DNA of 64,000 nucleotides from Octopus vulgaris (lineage: Eukaryota). Shown in pieces: positions 51,801 to 64,000 of this stretch. The translations under genes and the position numbers were made by a program. The DNA lies in the NCBI GenBank assembly GCA_951406725.2, contig OX597832.1, forward strand, positions 23,932,001 to 23,996,000, read 5' to 3'. The stretch's first letter is position 1, and each line of letters begins with the position of its first letter. The notes under the pieces were generated by a model, which was given only the letters and a program-made list of their open reading frames with translations, made no database searches and was not told where the DNA came from.

Positions 51801-52869
51801 TTCAGCGTATGAACATTAGTACGAGCATTACCCACACCAAATCACAAGTTAGTACTGAATTCTCTGGGAATCCACTGGGCATGAAAGAAAGAGCAGTTAA
51901 ATCTCTTTCAAATCGCATATGACATCTAAAAGGAAGGACATAGCAGATAATATCATTCTGTAAGCAGCTGTTCATGTGAACAGCTATGGAAATTGGTGCC
52001 ACCCATGGCCTCCATCGGCCAGTGTAACCTCTGAGTCTGTGGGAGTTTCTTGCAAGTTACACAGGCGGAACTTGGTGTCCCTAATCCTTGCCTAGTCACC
52101 ATGTTAGGGCTTGCATTGTATTTGGGGTTACACTTTACATGAAAATCTCCATTAAGCACACTCAAGGTGCAAGGCCTGTAGAAGATGATTCTTATTTGTT
52201 ACAATAATGATTAGAAATACCACCCCAAATAACAGCATGAAAGATACGACACTGTCCCATCACCCCTGGATATCTGAGACAATATATCTCTTGCACCCAA
52301 CAGAGGCCCCTCAGAGGGCAACGGATAGCAAGACCAAACTTCATCCATATACACAAAAAACAAAAAAAAAATGTGCCATAAACAAGCCTCACAACCTGGA
52401 GAAATAGACTTCAGAAATCTGAACACGATGGATCTTGTTACAACAATGGCAATAATTATGAAGTTGGGCACATGAAGAACATTTCCACTTCTTTTCTCTA
52501 AAATGTCTCCAGAGAAGACATTTAGATGCTCTTATATGACAGACCTTGTTATCGCAAAAGGCAACTATAAAATAACACAAAATGGAAACCTGTCCACTCT
52601 TTCTCTCCGAAATGTCTAGACAGAAGGTTTTCCCTTTGAATATGATAGATCTTTTATCACAATGGCAATTATAAAGTTGCACATACAGGTAACATTTTCA
52701 CTGTCTTAATCTAAAGTGCGGTGATCATCATCATCGTCTTCTTCAGTGGATAAGCTCAGAATATAAGCATTAGTATGAACATTAACCAAAGAAGATTACA
52801 AGTGAGCAATGGGTTCTTTGAGAACTCATTTGGCATGAAAGAAAGAGCAGTTAAATCTCTTTCAAATTG

Positions 52870-55250
52870 CACCTACTATCTAATAATGATATTATCTACG
52901 ATAACAGAAAAACTTATTTACACTGTAATAATAATAATAAAACCAATTTTAACAATGATTTTAGTCATAATCTTGGTAATATTAATCGTAGAGGGCATAT
53001 GGGTTGGAAGAGGAACAGAGTTTTTGCCGACAATACGAATTTGATAGGTAACCCACATAGTGATAATGATGCACTACGGCTGATAATCCCATATGCAATG
53101 CAAATTAAAACGGATATAGTTAGAATAATCCATAATTTATTGTACAAGCACTTTGTGAAGGGTAAGAATAAATTTTGTCAAATAATTAACAATAAAACTA
53201 TTAGAATAGGGTATAGCCTTACTCACAATTTAGCCACCATCATTTCCTCCTTTAATAATAGGATCTCAAACTGGAGTCCACGGTCCTCTAGGGAACTGCA
53301 AAGCGATTTTAGGGGGACCACAAAGTGACTGACTATTGGGCATTTATAAGCCATTATTTGGCCAAATATGTGTTTACTGAACTGAGAGAATTCTCAAGCC
53401 AAGTTTTTACAGAACAACCTTTAATGAGGACTTCAAATTGAATATCCAAGAATTAAGCTCAGACAAGGGTTGCAAAAAAGCGATTAAGGACCATAAAGAT
53501 AATTTCCCTAATAATACGCAAGTTAGATTAATCTGTCCTAGTAAATCAGACTTAGGTAAATTAAGTAAATTAATCCTTGATAAATATTTACCCATTATTA
53601 GAAATAAAATAAAGCTCAATCTATGGAAAAATACACAGGGTGCATTGGATTGATTCTCAGGTATTAAGGTAAATAACGGTAGTAACCATAAATTTATCCA
53701 ATTCGATATCCAAAATTATTACTCATCTATTAATCCTATAATTCTTAACCAAGCTTTAATTTTTGCTAGAAGACACACCAACATTAGCATGAAAGAAATT
53801 AAGGTTATTTTGGCAGCAAGAAAAACGGTTATAGAATTCAATAATAAATTATGGGCTAGGAAGGATACGCCCGTTTTGTTTGATATTACAATGGGTTCGC
53901 CAGATTCAGCAGAAACGACCGATTTAGAAGGGATTTATTTATTAGATAATCTAAGTAGAGAATTTCCTAAATTGAATGGCGGCTTCTATAGAGACAACGC
54001 TTTGTTTTTAGTTAAGAACATATCTAGCAGAAGTCTGGAAATACTCAAGAAACAACTGCACAAATCTTTTAAGGGTTTCGGATTATCAATCACTATTGAA
54101 AATGAGAATTACTCTGTTAATTACCTAGATGTTAATTGAAACCTCAATACTGAATGGACTTCATGAACCTTATGTAAAACAAAATTCTAATCTAGTATAT
54201 ATAAAAAACGATAATAATGGTGATTAATAATAATATGGCAATAAAAGAATGAGATCTCAATATTATGTAAAATAGAGGAATTTATCTATAAATATAATAT
54301 GTGACAATCAGTTGGAGCAGCACAAGATCAGTTTACGAAGGACATTATCCAAATAATGAAAACATTCGATCTTAGCAAAACAAGAGATACCAACCTGAAG
54401 CTTGACAATGTCCTAGATGTATCTTTAGATTTAAATAAGAATATTTATAAACCCTATAGAAAACCCAACGATAGACTTAGCTATATTAATGTAGGTTCTT
54501 GCCATCCCCCCACCATAGTGTTCCCAAGAATTTAGTTGAAAACATAAGCAAGAGAATTCCTCCGATATAAACATTTTTATAGTGTTGCCCCAATATATAA
54601 CAAAGCCCTAAAAGATAGTGGTTCTAGGGAGGAAATAACTTATACACCTGTTATTAGTCCTGTAACAAAGAAAAGGAAAAATAGGAATAGGAAAATTATC
54701 TGGTTCACACCACCTTACTCCGCCGAAATGACCTTTAATATAGATAGACATTTCTTATCACTTATAGATAGATATTTTCCAATCAATCATAATTATAGAA
54801 AGATCTTTAATAGGCACAACTTAAAAAAATTTTTTAAATACTAACTTTAATTGCACACAACAAACAAAAACAAAATGAAACCGGCTGTTCCTGCAGAGTT
54901 AAAAATTTGTGCCCGCTAAATGGAGCTTGTATGACCGAGGCCATCATTTACGAAGCCACCGTAGACTCTACAACCACTAAGGACGTAGTTTTGTCACAGA
55001 AATATGTGGGTCCCGCAGAGGGAAATTTTAAAGCCAAGTTCAACTATCACACCTTAAACTTCAGACACTGGGATAAAAGGAAAATAACCAAATTATCCAG
55101 TTATATATAGTCCTTAAAAGAATAGGGCGTCGGCTATAAGATTCACTGGAAGATCTTGGCCAAGTGGAGGCCTTACACCAACAGCTGTGGAAAGTGTGGT
55201 CTTTGCGATATGGAAAGATGGCTCATGTGGAAAACTATTGTCCCATATGC
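52870..55250 (+). mobile_element. Penelope-like retroelement fragments (RT plus GIY-YIG)
   Basis: KDHKDNF...VRLICPSKSDLGK, QFDIQNYYSSI, FDITMGS, FYRDN, RKIIWFTPPYS, CPLNGACMTEAIIYEATV..KYVG. Confidence 0.82.
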
Positions 55251-55254
55251 CTCG

Positions 55255-56135
55255 TCCCATGTATACAAGTTGTTCACAAAGATAATCCTAAACTGGTTAG
55301 CACAGCAACCAATGGAAAATAAATAATAAATATACAAGATCTCTCCTTTCATAAAAGGTTTTCTACAGCACAGGATGGGACTATGGAACACAAGATTATT
55401 TCTCAACCACAAAAACGGCACGTATTCGTCAGAGAACATTAAAATAGATTGTGAAATATTCCAGGGCAATCCACTCTACCCTTTCTCTCATTCCCCAGTC
55501 CCACAAGTTGAATGTAACAAGCTACTGTCACAAAATGTTTGACAAGATCATCCCACACTTGCTTTACATGGACAATCTGAAGTTATATGCAAAAGCTGAC
55601 AAGGATCTGAAAGGGCTACGAGAAACTGTGAAAAAAATTCAGTGATGACATCTCTATGGAATTGGCCCTTGACAGATGTGTAAAAGCTTCACTCAAACAT
55701 GGTAAACTGACAGTTAATACCACAGCCCGACTTAATCGTGATACATCTATCAAGGACCTGGACTGAGAAGGCTTCTATAAGTATCGTGGGATACACAAAG
55801 GGAAACGGATTCAACACAGATCAATGAAAGAAAAGATCAGGAAAGAGTATTATAGACGTATGAGAATGATCCTGAATACTGAGCAATACTGAGCTGAACT
55901 CTCAGAATAGAATAGCAGCTATAAACTCCCTCGCAGTACCAATTGTCAAGTATAGCCTTAATGTCATCAACTGGAATCTGAGTGATCTCCAGCATAAGGA
56001 CATAAGGACCAGGAAACTGCTGACACTAAACAGGATGCACCACCCAAAATCAGATGTCCACAGGCTCTATCTCCCATGAAAGAAGGTAGCAGAGGCCTAA
56101 TTCAGAATGTAACGTCCTATAAAACAACCATGATA
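55255..56135 (+). mobile_element. R4/Dong-like non-LTR RT fragment
   Basis: IFQGNPLYP, HLLYMDNLKLYAK, AINSLAVP, MHHPKSDVHRLYLP; many lesions. Confidence 0.75.
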
Positions 56136-56164
56136 GGACTATATATATATATATATATATATAG

Positions 56165-56197
<33 letters not shown>

Positions 56198-56784
56198 TTA
56201 ACGAGTTCATCCACAGGTTAAGATGGAAGATTTTCCACCATGAAAACAGTAATAACAAAACGAATCAACAACGTCTTTTGTATTGGATCAACTTCCTTTT
56301 ATAATTTTTGTTTTTTTATTGCTTATAATTTATTGTTTTTATACATGAACACATACATACATACATACATACTTCCACACACACCCACAGAGGAATACAC
56401 AGAAACCTATCCCACCCAACCCCACACACCTTAGACACACAACCACATACACGCACATACTCAAGCACACGCACGTACACAAAATAAACACAGCCTGACA
56501 CACATCTCCACGTTCACACACACACACACACACACCAGCAGATTCCCACATTTACCTACAACAAACAATACTCATAGATACGCACACAATTATACACACA
56601 TGGGCAGACACACGCATGCACATTACGCCTACACAACTCCAACCCTCCCCCACACACACTTATGCATATACATACACACAATATATGCCTACATGCGCAC
56701 ACACACATACGTATACACATATAGACACAGACACACACACATGCACACACCTAATACTCACAACCCCACGGATACACGTATATA

Positions 56785-58061
56785 CGGGGTGAGGAAGCAA
56801 AATTTACAATGAACGTTAAGTTGCTTTTTCTCAGGAGGCACTGAATCAATTGTTTTGAAACCTAGCATATACTAATGTCATTCTCATACCTAACACTATT
56901 ATCCTTACCTTTTCAGAAACTTTTGCCCATATGAGTAATCAGGAAAGCAAACGTCAAAGAGTGTGTGATTTGCTGAATGCAGTCGTCACACCAAAGGCGA
57001 TTTCAAGAATAGTTGGAGTGTCCATAAAGACTGTTTATAATGTAAAGAATAGAATGACTATGAGCAAAACTATTACGAGGAAGTCTGGAAGTGGAGGAAT
57101 CAACAAAAAACGTACCAAAGCTTTTATTAAAGCTCTCAAATCCAAAATCCTAAAGGATCCAACCAAATCCATGAGAAAAATGGCAATTGAACTTGAGGTA
57201 GACAAGAAGACCATTAGAAATGCAGTAAAATATGATTTGAGGTTAAAATCTTACACAAGAACACCAAAACACTTGTTGACAACAGCTATGAAGGTAAAAG
57301 AGATTGGAAAGGTGCCAAAAAATTATTACATGGTTCAAGAAAAAGTCCTCCATTGTAACAATCTTTATAGATGAAAAGATCTTCAGTGTCGATGCTGTTC
57401 TGAACCGCAGAAATGACAGATTTATTGCAAAACCAATAGCTGAGGTTAAGGGGACATTCAAAACAAAACATCCTGCTCAAGTTATGGCTTTTGGTGTTGT
57501 GGCTTCCGATGGAAAGAAAATGCCAATAAAATTCTACAAAGCTGATGAAAAGATCAATGTTAATACTTACTACAAGACTCTGAGATACCAGAGATGGCTT
57601 AAAGCAAACTACCCAGATGGTAATTATGTATGGACACAGGATGGTGCTCCAGCCCACACAGCCAGAAAAATACAAGATTTCTGCAAATCCAACTTTAGCG
57701 ATTTCTGGGAATCATGTTTAAGGCCACCTTCTAGCCCAGATCTAAACCCTCTGGATTATGCTATTTGGGGCGTTTTAGAACATGCTAACATCACACAGCA
57801 ATGTCGACTCTCTTAAAGATACTATTACAGAAGAATGAGAGAAGTTGTCTCCCGAATATTTGAGGAACACTTGTACAAGTTTCAGGAAGCGTATGAAGGC
57901 AGTTATTGAGAAAGAAGGAGGACACATGGAATAAAAACATTTTCTATTATGTAAATTTTCTTGCGGCAAATAAATTCTCATGACTTTCAATAAAATAATT
58001 GGTCATACACTGTCTTTCAATCCCTGCCTCAAAATATTGTAAATTTTGCTTCCTCACCCTG
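56785..58061 (+). mobile_element. Full-length DD37D (maT-family) Tc1/mariner element with frameshifted transposase
   Basis: TA|CGGGGTGAGGAAGCAAAATTTACAAT ... ATTGTAAATTTTGCTTCCTCACCCTG|TA; ORF from 56931; FIDEK, QDGA, SPDLNPLD with 37-residue spacing. Confidence 0.9.
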
Positions 58062-59760
58062 TACACCCACACACAACTCTCTTACACATCAAATTTCCTC
58101 CTCTATCTTTTTCTTTACTTTTTCATTGCACTCCTCAAGCCTAAATATTATTCCGCTACTTTGTCTTTACGCTTTTAATCGCACCCCTGCTACATATAAA
58201 CTTTACCCTCATTTACAGCAGCCTCTGCAAATATATACGAACTACCCACAATAGCTCCTATTAACCACACCGGATATCCCTAATTAGAGATAACTCCCCT
58301 CAGATTACACCGGCTGTCACATGGAAGTCATGCTAATAACTAACTGAACTACGAGACTTCAGATTCAACCATCCTTTAGTCTTCAACTACTTCACAATGA
58401 ATTTAATGAACTTTGAGCGCAACTAAAATGTAAGACTTTTGAATCACTGAACATTTTCTTTTCCGATTTCACCCTCTATCTTTCACTCTGTTCTCCTCTT
58501 TGTCTATCTCTGCCTTTTATCATTCTGAAGACATCTACCATTTGCAACTATGGTACACAGAAACAGCTGTAAAGTCACTCTTACCCTCATCTTGCTTATT
58601 TACTTAAATAATGGCTTTTTAACACCAGACACACTTTTATTTTCTGTTTTCCCCCATTTTCTTATCGTCTATATATACATTAAAATACAGTTTACCTCTT
58701 AAATTACCTGCAGCCGTATACCTTATACCAAGGACCATACTTACTGAGGTAATTACCAGGAGTGCCACTGGATACATCTATCCCTTAGAGGGCTTAACAC
58801 CTCTAACTTATACCTTATATATATATATATACACACGCATACCCTGAAGAACTATTGTGGTTTTGCACCCTATTGCATTTGGAACATCCACTGCGGAGGG
58901 TGTAAATAACCACAATGGTAAAATATAAGGAACAAATGATATAAACTTGTGTATGTCATAATTATAAATATATGTGTATGTGAGAATTTGGAATGAGTAA
59001 GCAATTGAGAAATAAAGTGAAACAAAACAGAAATTGTAATTTTGATCAACCAGCACCGCCCTAGACTGGCTTCTGTGCCGGTGGCACGTTAAAAGCACCA
59101 ACCGATCGTGGCCGATGCCAGACCCCTCTGGCACCTGTGCAGGTGGCACGTAAAAAGCACCCACTACACTCGCGGAGTGGTTGGCGTTAGGAAGGGCATC
59201 CAGCTGTAGAAACATTGCCAGATAAGACTGGAGCCTGGTGCAGCCCCAGACTTCCCAGACCCCCGGTCGAACCGTCCAACCCGTGCTAGCGCGGGAAACG
59301 GACGTTAAACGATGATGATAGAAAGAAGAGTTTGTGTGTGAAATATTTGTGGTACAGACAGGGAAGATACCTCTCTGATAATACTATATAGAAGTTAGGT
59401 GTGTCAGTCTGCTGAGAAATATTTGATGTGTTAGTGAAATTAAAAGTCTGATTTTTGCTTCTTATAACTTACCAGCACGGACCACCACCCCATCAATCTT
59501 AGAAAGCCTGCAAAGGTCAGCGGCATTGCTTGATTCCTCCAGACCCAGCAAGTTAACAAAAAATAAATAAATAAATTCAAGGGCTAATACAGGCAATAAT
59601 TAATCTACTCAAATTCTATGCATATTATTAATTAACAAGTTATTAACAAGAATCTTTAGTCTGAAGTCACATATAACTGACAGATATGGTACAAAGTTTA
59701 AAATGAAAATGAAAGAATTTTTGGGAAGGGTTAACATCAGTTTTGTGTAATGTTCTAAAG

Positions 59761-60025
59761 CAGCGGTTCCCAAAGTGGGTGGCATTGCCCCACTGGGGAC
59801 AGTGGAAAGTTCCAAGGGGGCATTAATGAGGTAGTGATTCATGAAAAAAAAAAAAAAAATAGTGGGTCCATTAGATTAAGTTACATTTGTGAAATACAGT
59901 TGCTTTGAATTTTCTTCAGAAAGAGGTCTATGTTTGTGATGGTTAGTTCGGGTGGGGTGGAGGGGCGCTAGGAATGTGGCCTGGGTGTCAAGGGGGCAGC
60001 AGGCGCAAAAGCTTGGGAACCACTG
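59761..60025. mobile_element. hAT/Charlie-type MITE with 8-bp TSD
   Basis: CAGCGGTTCCCAA / TTGGGAACCACTG TIRs; TTCTAAAG on both sides; truncated relatives at 13516-13759 and 61800-61885. Confidence 0.88.
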
Positions 60026-60536
60026 TTCTAAAGAAACACTACAATGAGACTGGTGTTGTTTTATGTTAGCAAGAAATTATATAGTAAAATCTATAAAGAA
60101 TGTACAACGAACTTGCCACAAGGAATGGTAAAACCCAATGCTTCAAGCGAAGTTCTCCTTTGGCGGGCAGAGTTGAAAGGAGAGAAATCAATGAGAGACA
60201 GCAGAGAGGAACATCTTCATGAGAGTTCCTGCATTCCTCATCATTTGCAGTCATTTTTACAATTATTTCAATCCTTTAATAATTGTTTGATATGTTTTCC
60301 TCATGATACAATAAGTATCCACTATATTTCATTTCCATTTTCTTATATTAACATAATACTATATATATACACACATATATATGTATATATCAGTAAATAT
60401 CTATATTATAATTTTGCATGTATGCTGATATAAATATATATTAATAAATATCTATATCATAACATAATTCTGCATGTGTGTGTGTGTGTGTGTATGTATA
60501 TATATTAGTAAATATCTATATTATAATTTTGCAATT

Positions 60537-60605
<69 letters not shown>

Positions 60606-60628
60606 TCTCTATTATAATTCTGCAAGTG

Positions 60629-60678
<50 letters not shown>

Positions 60679-60782
60679 TACAAATGGACAAAGGAAATTG
60701 TATATCAAATGTGGCACAAAAATAAAAATAATTTTCTGCAATTTGCATTAAAAAAAAAAACAAAAAAAAATTACAAAACTAT

Positions 60783-61129
60783 TTAAATGTTCACTGGGTG
60801 TTGTTCCTTTCCGTTCCGCAGAGAATCCAATGTATGAAGAAGTCTATGGATAGATTTTACTCTTCCTCCTTTCGTTGTTGGTGACGTGCATTCTTTGATG
60901 AGGAATCTCATGTCCCAGTCATCTAAGGCACCACGCGACATGTCGTGAAGGAGTCCACCCTTCATAGCCGGATCCGTAGCATGCTCTGACAGTACGTAGC
61001 GACATGCTAAGTAGATGTTCCAGTCTGAGCTGAGGTGGTTGCACAGCTCCATGGTAGGGGTCGGTGGGCAGACATTTTCACATTCGGTGAACATTGCTTC
61101 GAATATCTTCGGTTTCCCTGTGTTGGCAA
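60783..61129 (-). CDS. DIPK2A: DIPK2A/DIA1 (C3orf58)-like divergent kinase-domain protein, terminal exon
   Basis: FTECENVC...ELCNHLSSDWNIYLACRYVLSEHAT...GGLLHD...LIKEC..P...GGR aligns by eye with the DIA1 C-terminus (DHNYYAVCQNLLS..GGLLHD..LLDEC); TTTAG acceptor, TAA at 60783-60785. Confidence 0.8.
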
Positions 61130-62425
61130 CTAAACGAAATCAATGAAAAAAAAAACCTTTTTCTAATTTACAAAACAACAATCAATAAAAAAAAAAAAAA
61201 AACACAACTAATTATCTATAAAATCACATTAGCATTTTTTCTTTTACTTGTTTCAGTCATTGGACTACGGACAAGCTGGAGCATTGCCTTGAAGGGTCTA
61301 AGTCAAACAAAGTGACTCTAGTACTTATGTTTTTATAATGCTGGTCTCCTTTGCTGAACAGCTAAGTCACAAGAATAAACAAACCAACCTCATTGTGAAG
61401 CAGTGGGAGGGCAAATATAGGGTGCACTGTGAAGAATTCCCAATCAATTTTTAGGAAAGGACATGAAAACACACAAGTTCTTTAGGATTGAATTTAAACA
61501 TTTTCATAAGATTATTTCTGCAGATATTCGATACAAATCATAGCCAACACTGATTTTTGTTACAAAAATTGGGTAATGAGTGTATATGTAAATTGGTATA
61601 TCCAATAATTTAACACCGCTGTATGCGGTAGCTGTATAAACAATGTATTCAGAGGATAGAATGGGTTCGATGGGTGCTGATGAAGGGGCAAACACATCCA
61701 AAATATGGCATGTACACTCGTTCCCCATTTTTGTCTTTGATCTCATTGTTTGTTAACAAGTGAAGTCTCGATATGGTGCCCATGCTTCAGAGTCTATTCT
61801 TGTGATGGTTAGTTGAGGTGGGGGCTCTAGGAATGTGGCCTGGGTGTCAAGGGGGCAGCAACCCATAAAAGTTTGGGAACCACTGGGTAGATGGCTTGAC
61901 AAGGACTGGTAAGCTGGAGAGCTGCACCAGGTTCTCCAATCTGGTTTGACTTGGTTTCTACGACTGGATGCCCTTCCTAACACCAACCACTCCAAGGGCA
62001 TGGTGGGTGCCTTTTAAGTGTCACTAGCACTGGCCACAACTGTGATCTTACTTGGCTTAACATGTCTTCTCAAGCACAGCAAATCATCAAAGGTCTCGAT
62101 CTCTCATCATCACCTCCATGAAAAGCAACATCCAAAAATCATACGTCACCACCACATCCCATGTCTTCCTGGGACAAGGTGGTGAAGCATGGTCGTCGGA
62201 TGTTGAGTCACATGGAGGCTACCAAATCCGCTCACAAGGCTTTGGTTGGCCTATGGCTGTAATAGAAGACAATTATCCAAGGTCCCATGTAATGGGACTG
62301 AACCTAAGACCACATGACTAAAAGGCAAGCTTCTTAACCCCAAAGCCACACTTGTACCTAACAAGAGACAGAAAAATACCAACAAAAAGAAATGCAAAAA
62401 CAAGACTTAAAAGTGGTTCGTTTAC

Positions 62426-62603
62426 CTTCGTTGTACTCTTCTCTATCTACAACAACGATATTTTTCAGGTCCACAAATTTCACATGTCCGTTTTGATCGA
62501 CTACAAAATCACTGGGTTTCAAACTTGTCCAATATAAAGAAAAATTAGATGGATTTTCTGTGAGGAAATTAGCGATTTTCATCACTTGGTAGGCCAGGTC
62601 ATA
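62426..62603 (-). CDS. DIPK2A: DIPK2A/DIA1-like penultimate exon; the gene continues beyond the window
   Basis: YDLAYQVMKIANFLTENPSNFSLYWTSLKPSDFVVDQNGHVKFVDLKNIVVVD resembles DIA1 (DLAWQLMEIAEQLTNN..FALY..KVIIVDAENVLVAD); TACAG acceptor, G|GTAAA donor in phase with the next exon. Confidence 0.82.
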
Positions 62604-62653
62604 CTGTAAGGCAATACATAACAATAGAGTGAATATAAATACAATTACATATA

Positions 62654-62949
62654 TCTTTATATATAAAACTGAAGTTGTGTGTGTGAGTGTCTGTCTACTC
62701 TGATTTAGATTCCTAACCACTCCCACATTTTGCGGTGCAGTTTAACCAAAAGTGGGTATCTTATAGTCGTGATTCATATCGAGCCCTTCTGGGTATTAGC
62801 GCACGTCTATGATGAGTCTACGATTAAAAAAAAATTTACCATCATTTTTCCGCATTTTTGCTCGGTTTATATAAGGGAAGTAACTCTCTAAAAATGCTTA
62901 TATAGTTATTTCCCTTACAAATCCGAGCAACGCCGGGTGATACTGCTAG
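62654..62949 (+). mobile_element. Non-autonomous Helitron, 296 bp
   Basis: A|TCTTTATATATAAAA 5' end, CCGAGCAACGCCGGG hairpin, CTAG|T 3' end, no TSD. Confidence 0.82.
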
Positions 62950-63774
62950 TAAATAATAAAATGATAAGAAGCAGTACAAAAAGACCAACATAGAAATGAA
63001 ATATTTTATTCTTTTACTTGTTTCAGTCATTTGACTGCGGCCATGCTGGTGCACCGCCTTTAGTTGAACAAATAGACCCCAGGACTTATTCTATCATCAG
63101 ACTCTTTTACTGAACTGCTAAGTTATGGGGATGTAAGTAAACACACCGCCATCAGTTGTCAAGCATTGGTACAGGGGACAAAAACACACACATCTTATTG
63201 GTTTCTTTCAGTTTCCATCTACCAAATCCACTCACAAGGCTTTGGTCGGTCCAAGGTGCCATGCAATGGGACCAAACCTGGAACCATGTGGCTGGTAAGC
63301 AAGCTACTTACCACATAGCCACTCCTGTACCTATTGGGGGAGGCATGGTTGTGTGGTAAGAAACTTGCTTCTCAACCACTTGATTCTGGGTTCAGTCCCA
63401 CTCTGCAGCACCTTGGGCAAGTGTCTTCTACTATAACCATGAGCCAACCTAAGTCCTTGTGTGAGTGGATTTGGTAGATGGAAACTGAAAGAAGCTCATT
63501 GTATTTACGCCCCCCCCTCCCGCTCGACAACTGGTGTTGTTGCGTTTGCATCCCCGTAAGTTAGCAGTTTGGCAAAAGAGACCGATAGAGTAAGTACCAA
63601 GCATAAAAAAAGTACTGGTCTTGATTCATTCGACTAAGAAATCAAGGCAGTGCTCCAGCATGGCTGCCATCTAATGACTGGAACAAGTAAAAGATAACTA
63701 AAGCAAGTAGCATTGTACCAAGGCACTTCTGAAGGGTAGAGGTAGAATTTGAACTTATGATCAAGTGGTTGTTG

Positions 63775-64000
63775 TTTTGTTGTTTGTCCCTTCTCGAGCC
63801 ATGCCTGGCTCATTAGGGCCGGTTTCCCGGTTTCCTTGGTGTATAGGTTCCCCACCTGGATGGGACGCTGGTCCATTGCAGGTGAGCTGCAAGATGCGGG
63901 AGGAAAGAGTGAGAGAAAGTCGTGGCGGAAGAGTCAGCAGAAGTTTCGCCATTACCTTCAGCCGGAGCCACGTGGAGCTTAGGTGTTTCATTCATAAACA
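63775..64000 (-). mobile_element. SINE family C relative with a different 3' tail (partial)
   Basis: Reverse complement shares AAACACCTAAGCTCCACG.GGCTCCGGC...CTTTCTCTCACTCTT with the copies at 10249 and 20773. Confidence 0.65.

Larger units (their letters stand above)
38586..52865 (+). repeat. Higher-order tandem array: ~1849-bp units built from ~105-110-bp diverged monomers
   Basis: Recurrent ORF starts at 40028, 41877, 43725 and 45574 (spacing 1849/1848/1849). Interrupted by Tc1 at 47253-48851; a variant unit at ~49920-51445; degenerate monomers run to ~52865. Confidence 0.92.

Noticed and set aside
38586-52865. Recurrent 60-120-aa ORFs in the array as a tandem gene family, or the array as CRISPR-like
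   Set aside because: The ORFs recur only because the DNA is repeated. They have no consistent splice structure, there are no unique spacers or cas genes, and the context is eukaryotic.
60478-60763. YIYIYI-type ORFs (also 26490-26803, 23583-23795, 56316-56812)
   Set aside because: Translations of (TA)n, (TATG)n and (CA)n microsatellites.

Overview
AT-rich eukaryotic genomic DNA, most likely an octopod cephalopod (inferred from dense tRNA-derived SINEs with (TA)n/(CA)n/(CAT)n tracts). It has three zones. (1) 40-24702 (+): a complete 15-exon GNL2/NOG2 nucleolar GTPase gene (2349-nt CDS, 782 aa, all introns GT-AG and in phase), with introns full of SINEs and MITEs. (2) About 26.3-59 kb: a SINE-free block between two convergent genes, built almost wholly from mobile-element and viral fragments that all read on the + strand. 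These include pogo, hAT, four Tx1/L1-type ORF1 zinc-knuckle modules alternating with cargo, an endogenous parvovirus NS1, Tx1 RT, Helitron, a LINE-derived ~1.85-kb higher-order tandem array, a near-intact DD37E Tc1 (TRT-like), Penelope, R4/Dong-like RT and a DD37D maT element. (3) 60783-62603 (-): the last two coding exons of a DIPK2A/DIA1-like gene. The best candidate for an undescribed system is zone 2: a uni-strand, flamenco-like transposon/virus archive (putative piRNA cluster), possibly assembled by non-LTR RT template jumping. All family assignments come from motif recognition; no database search was run.
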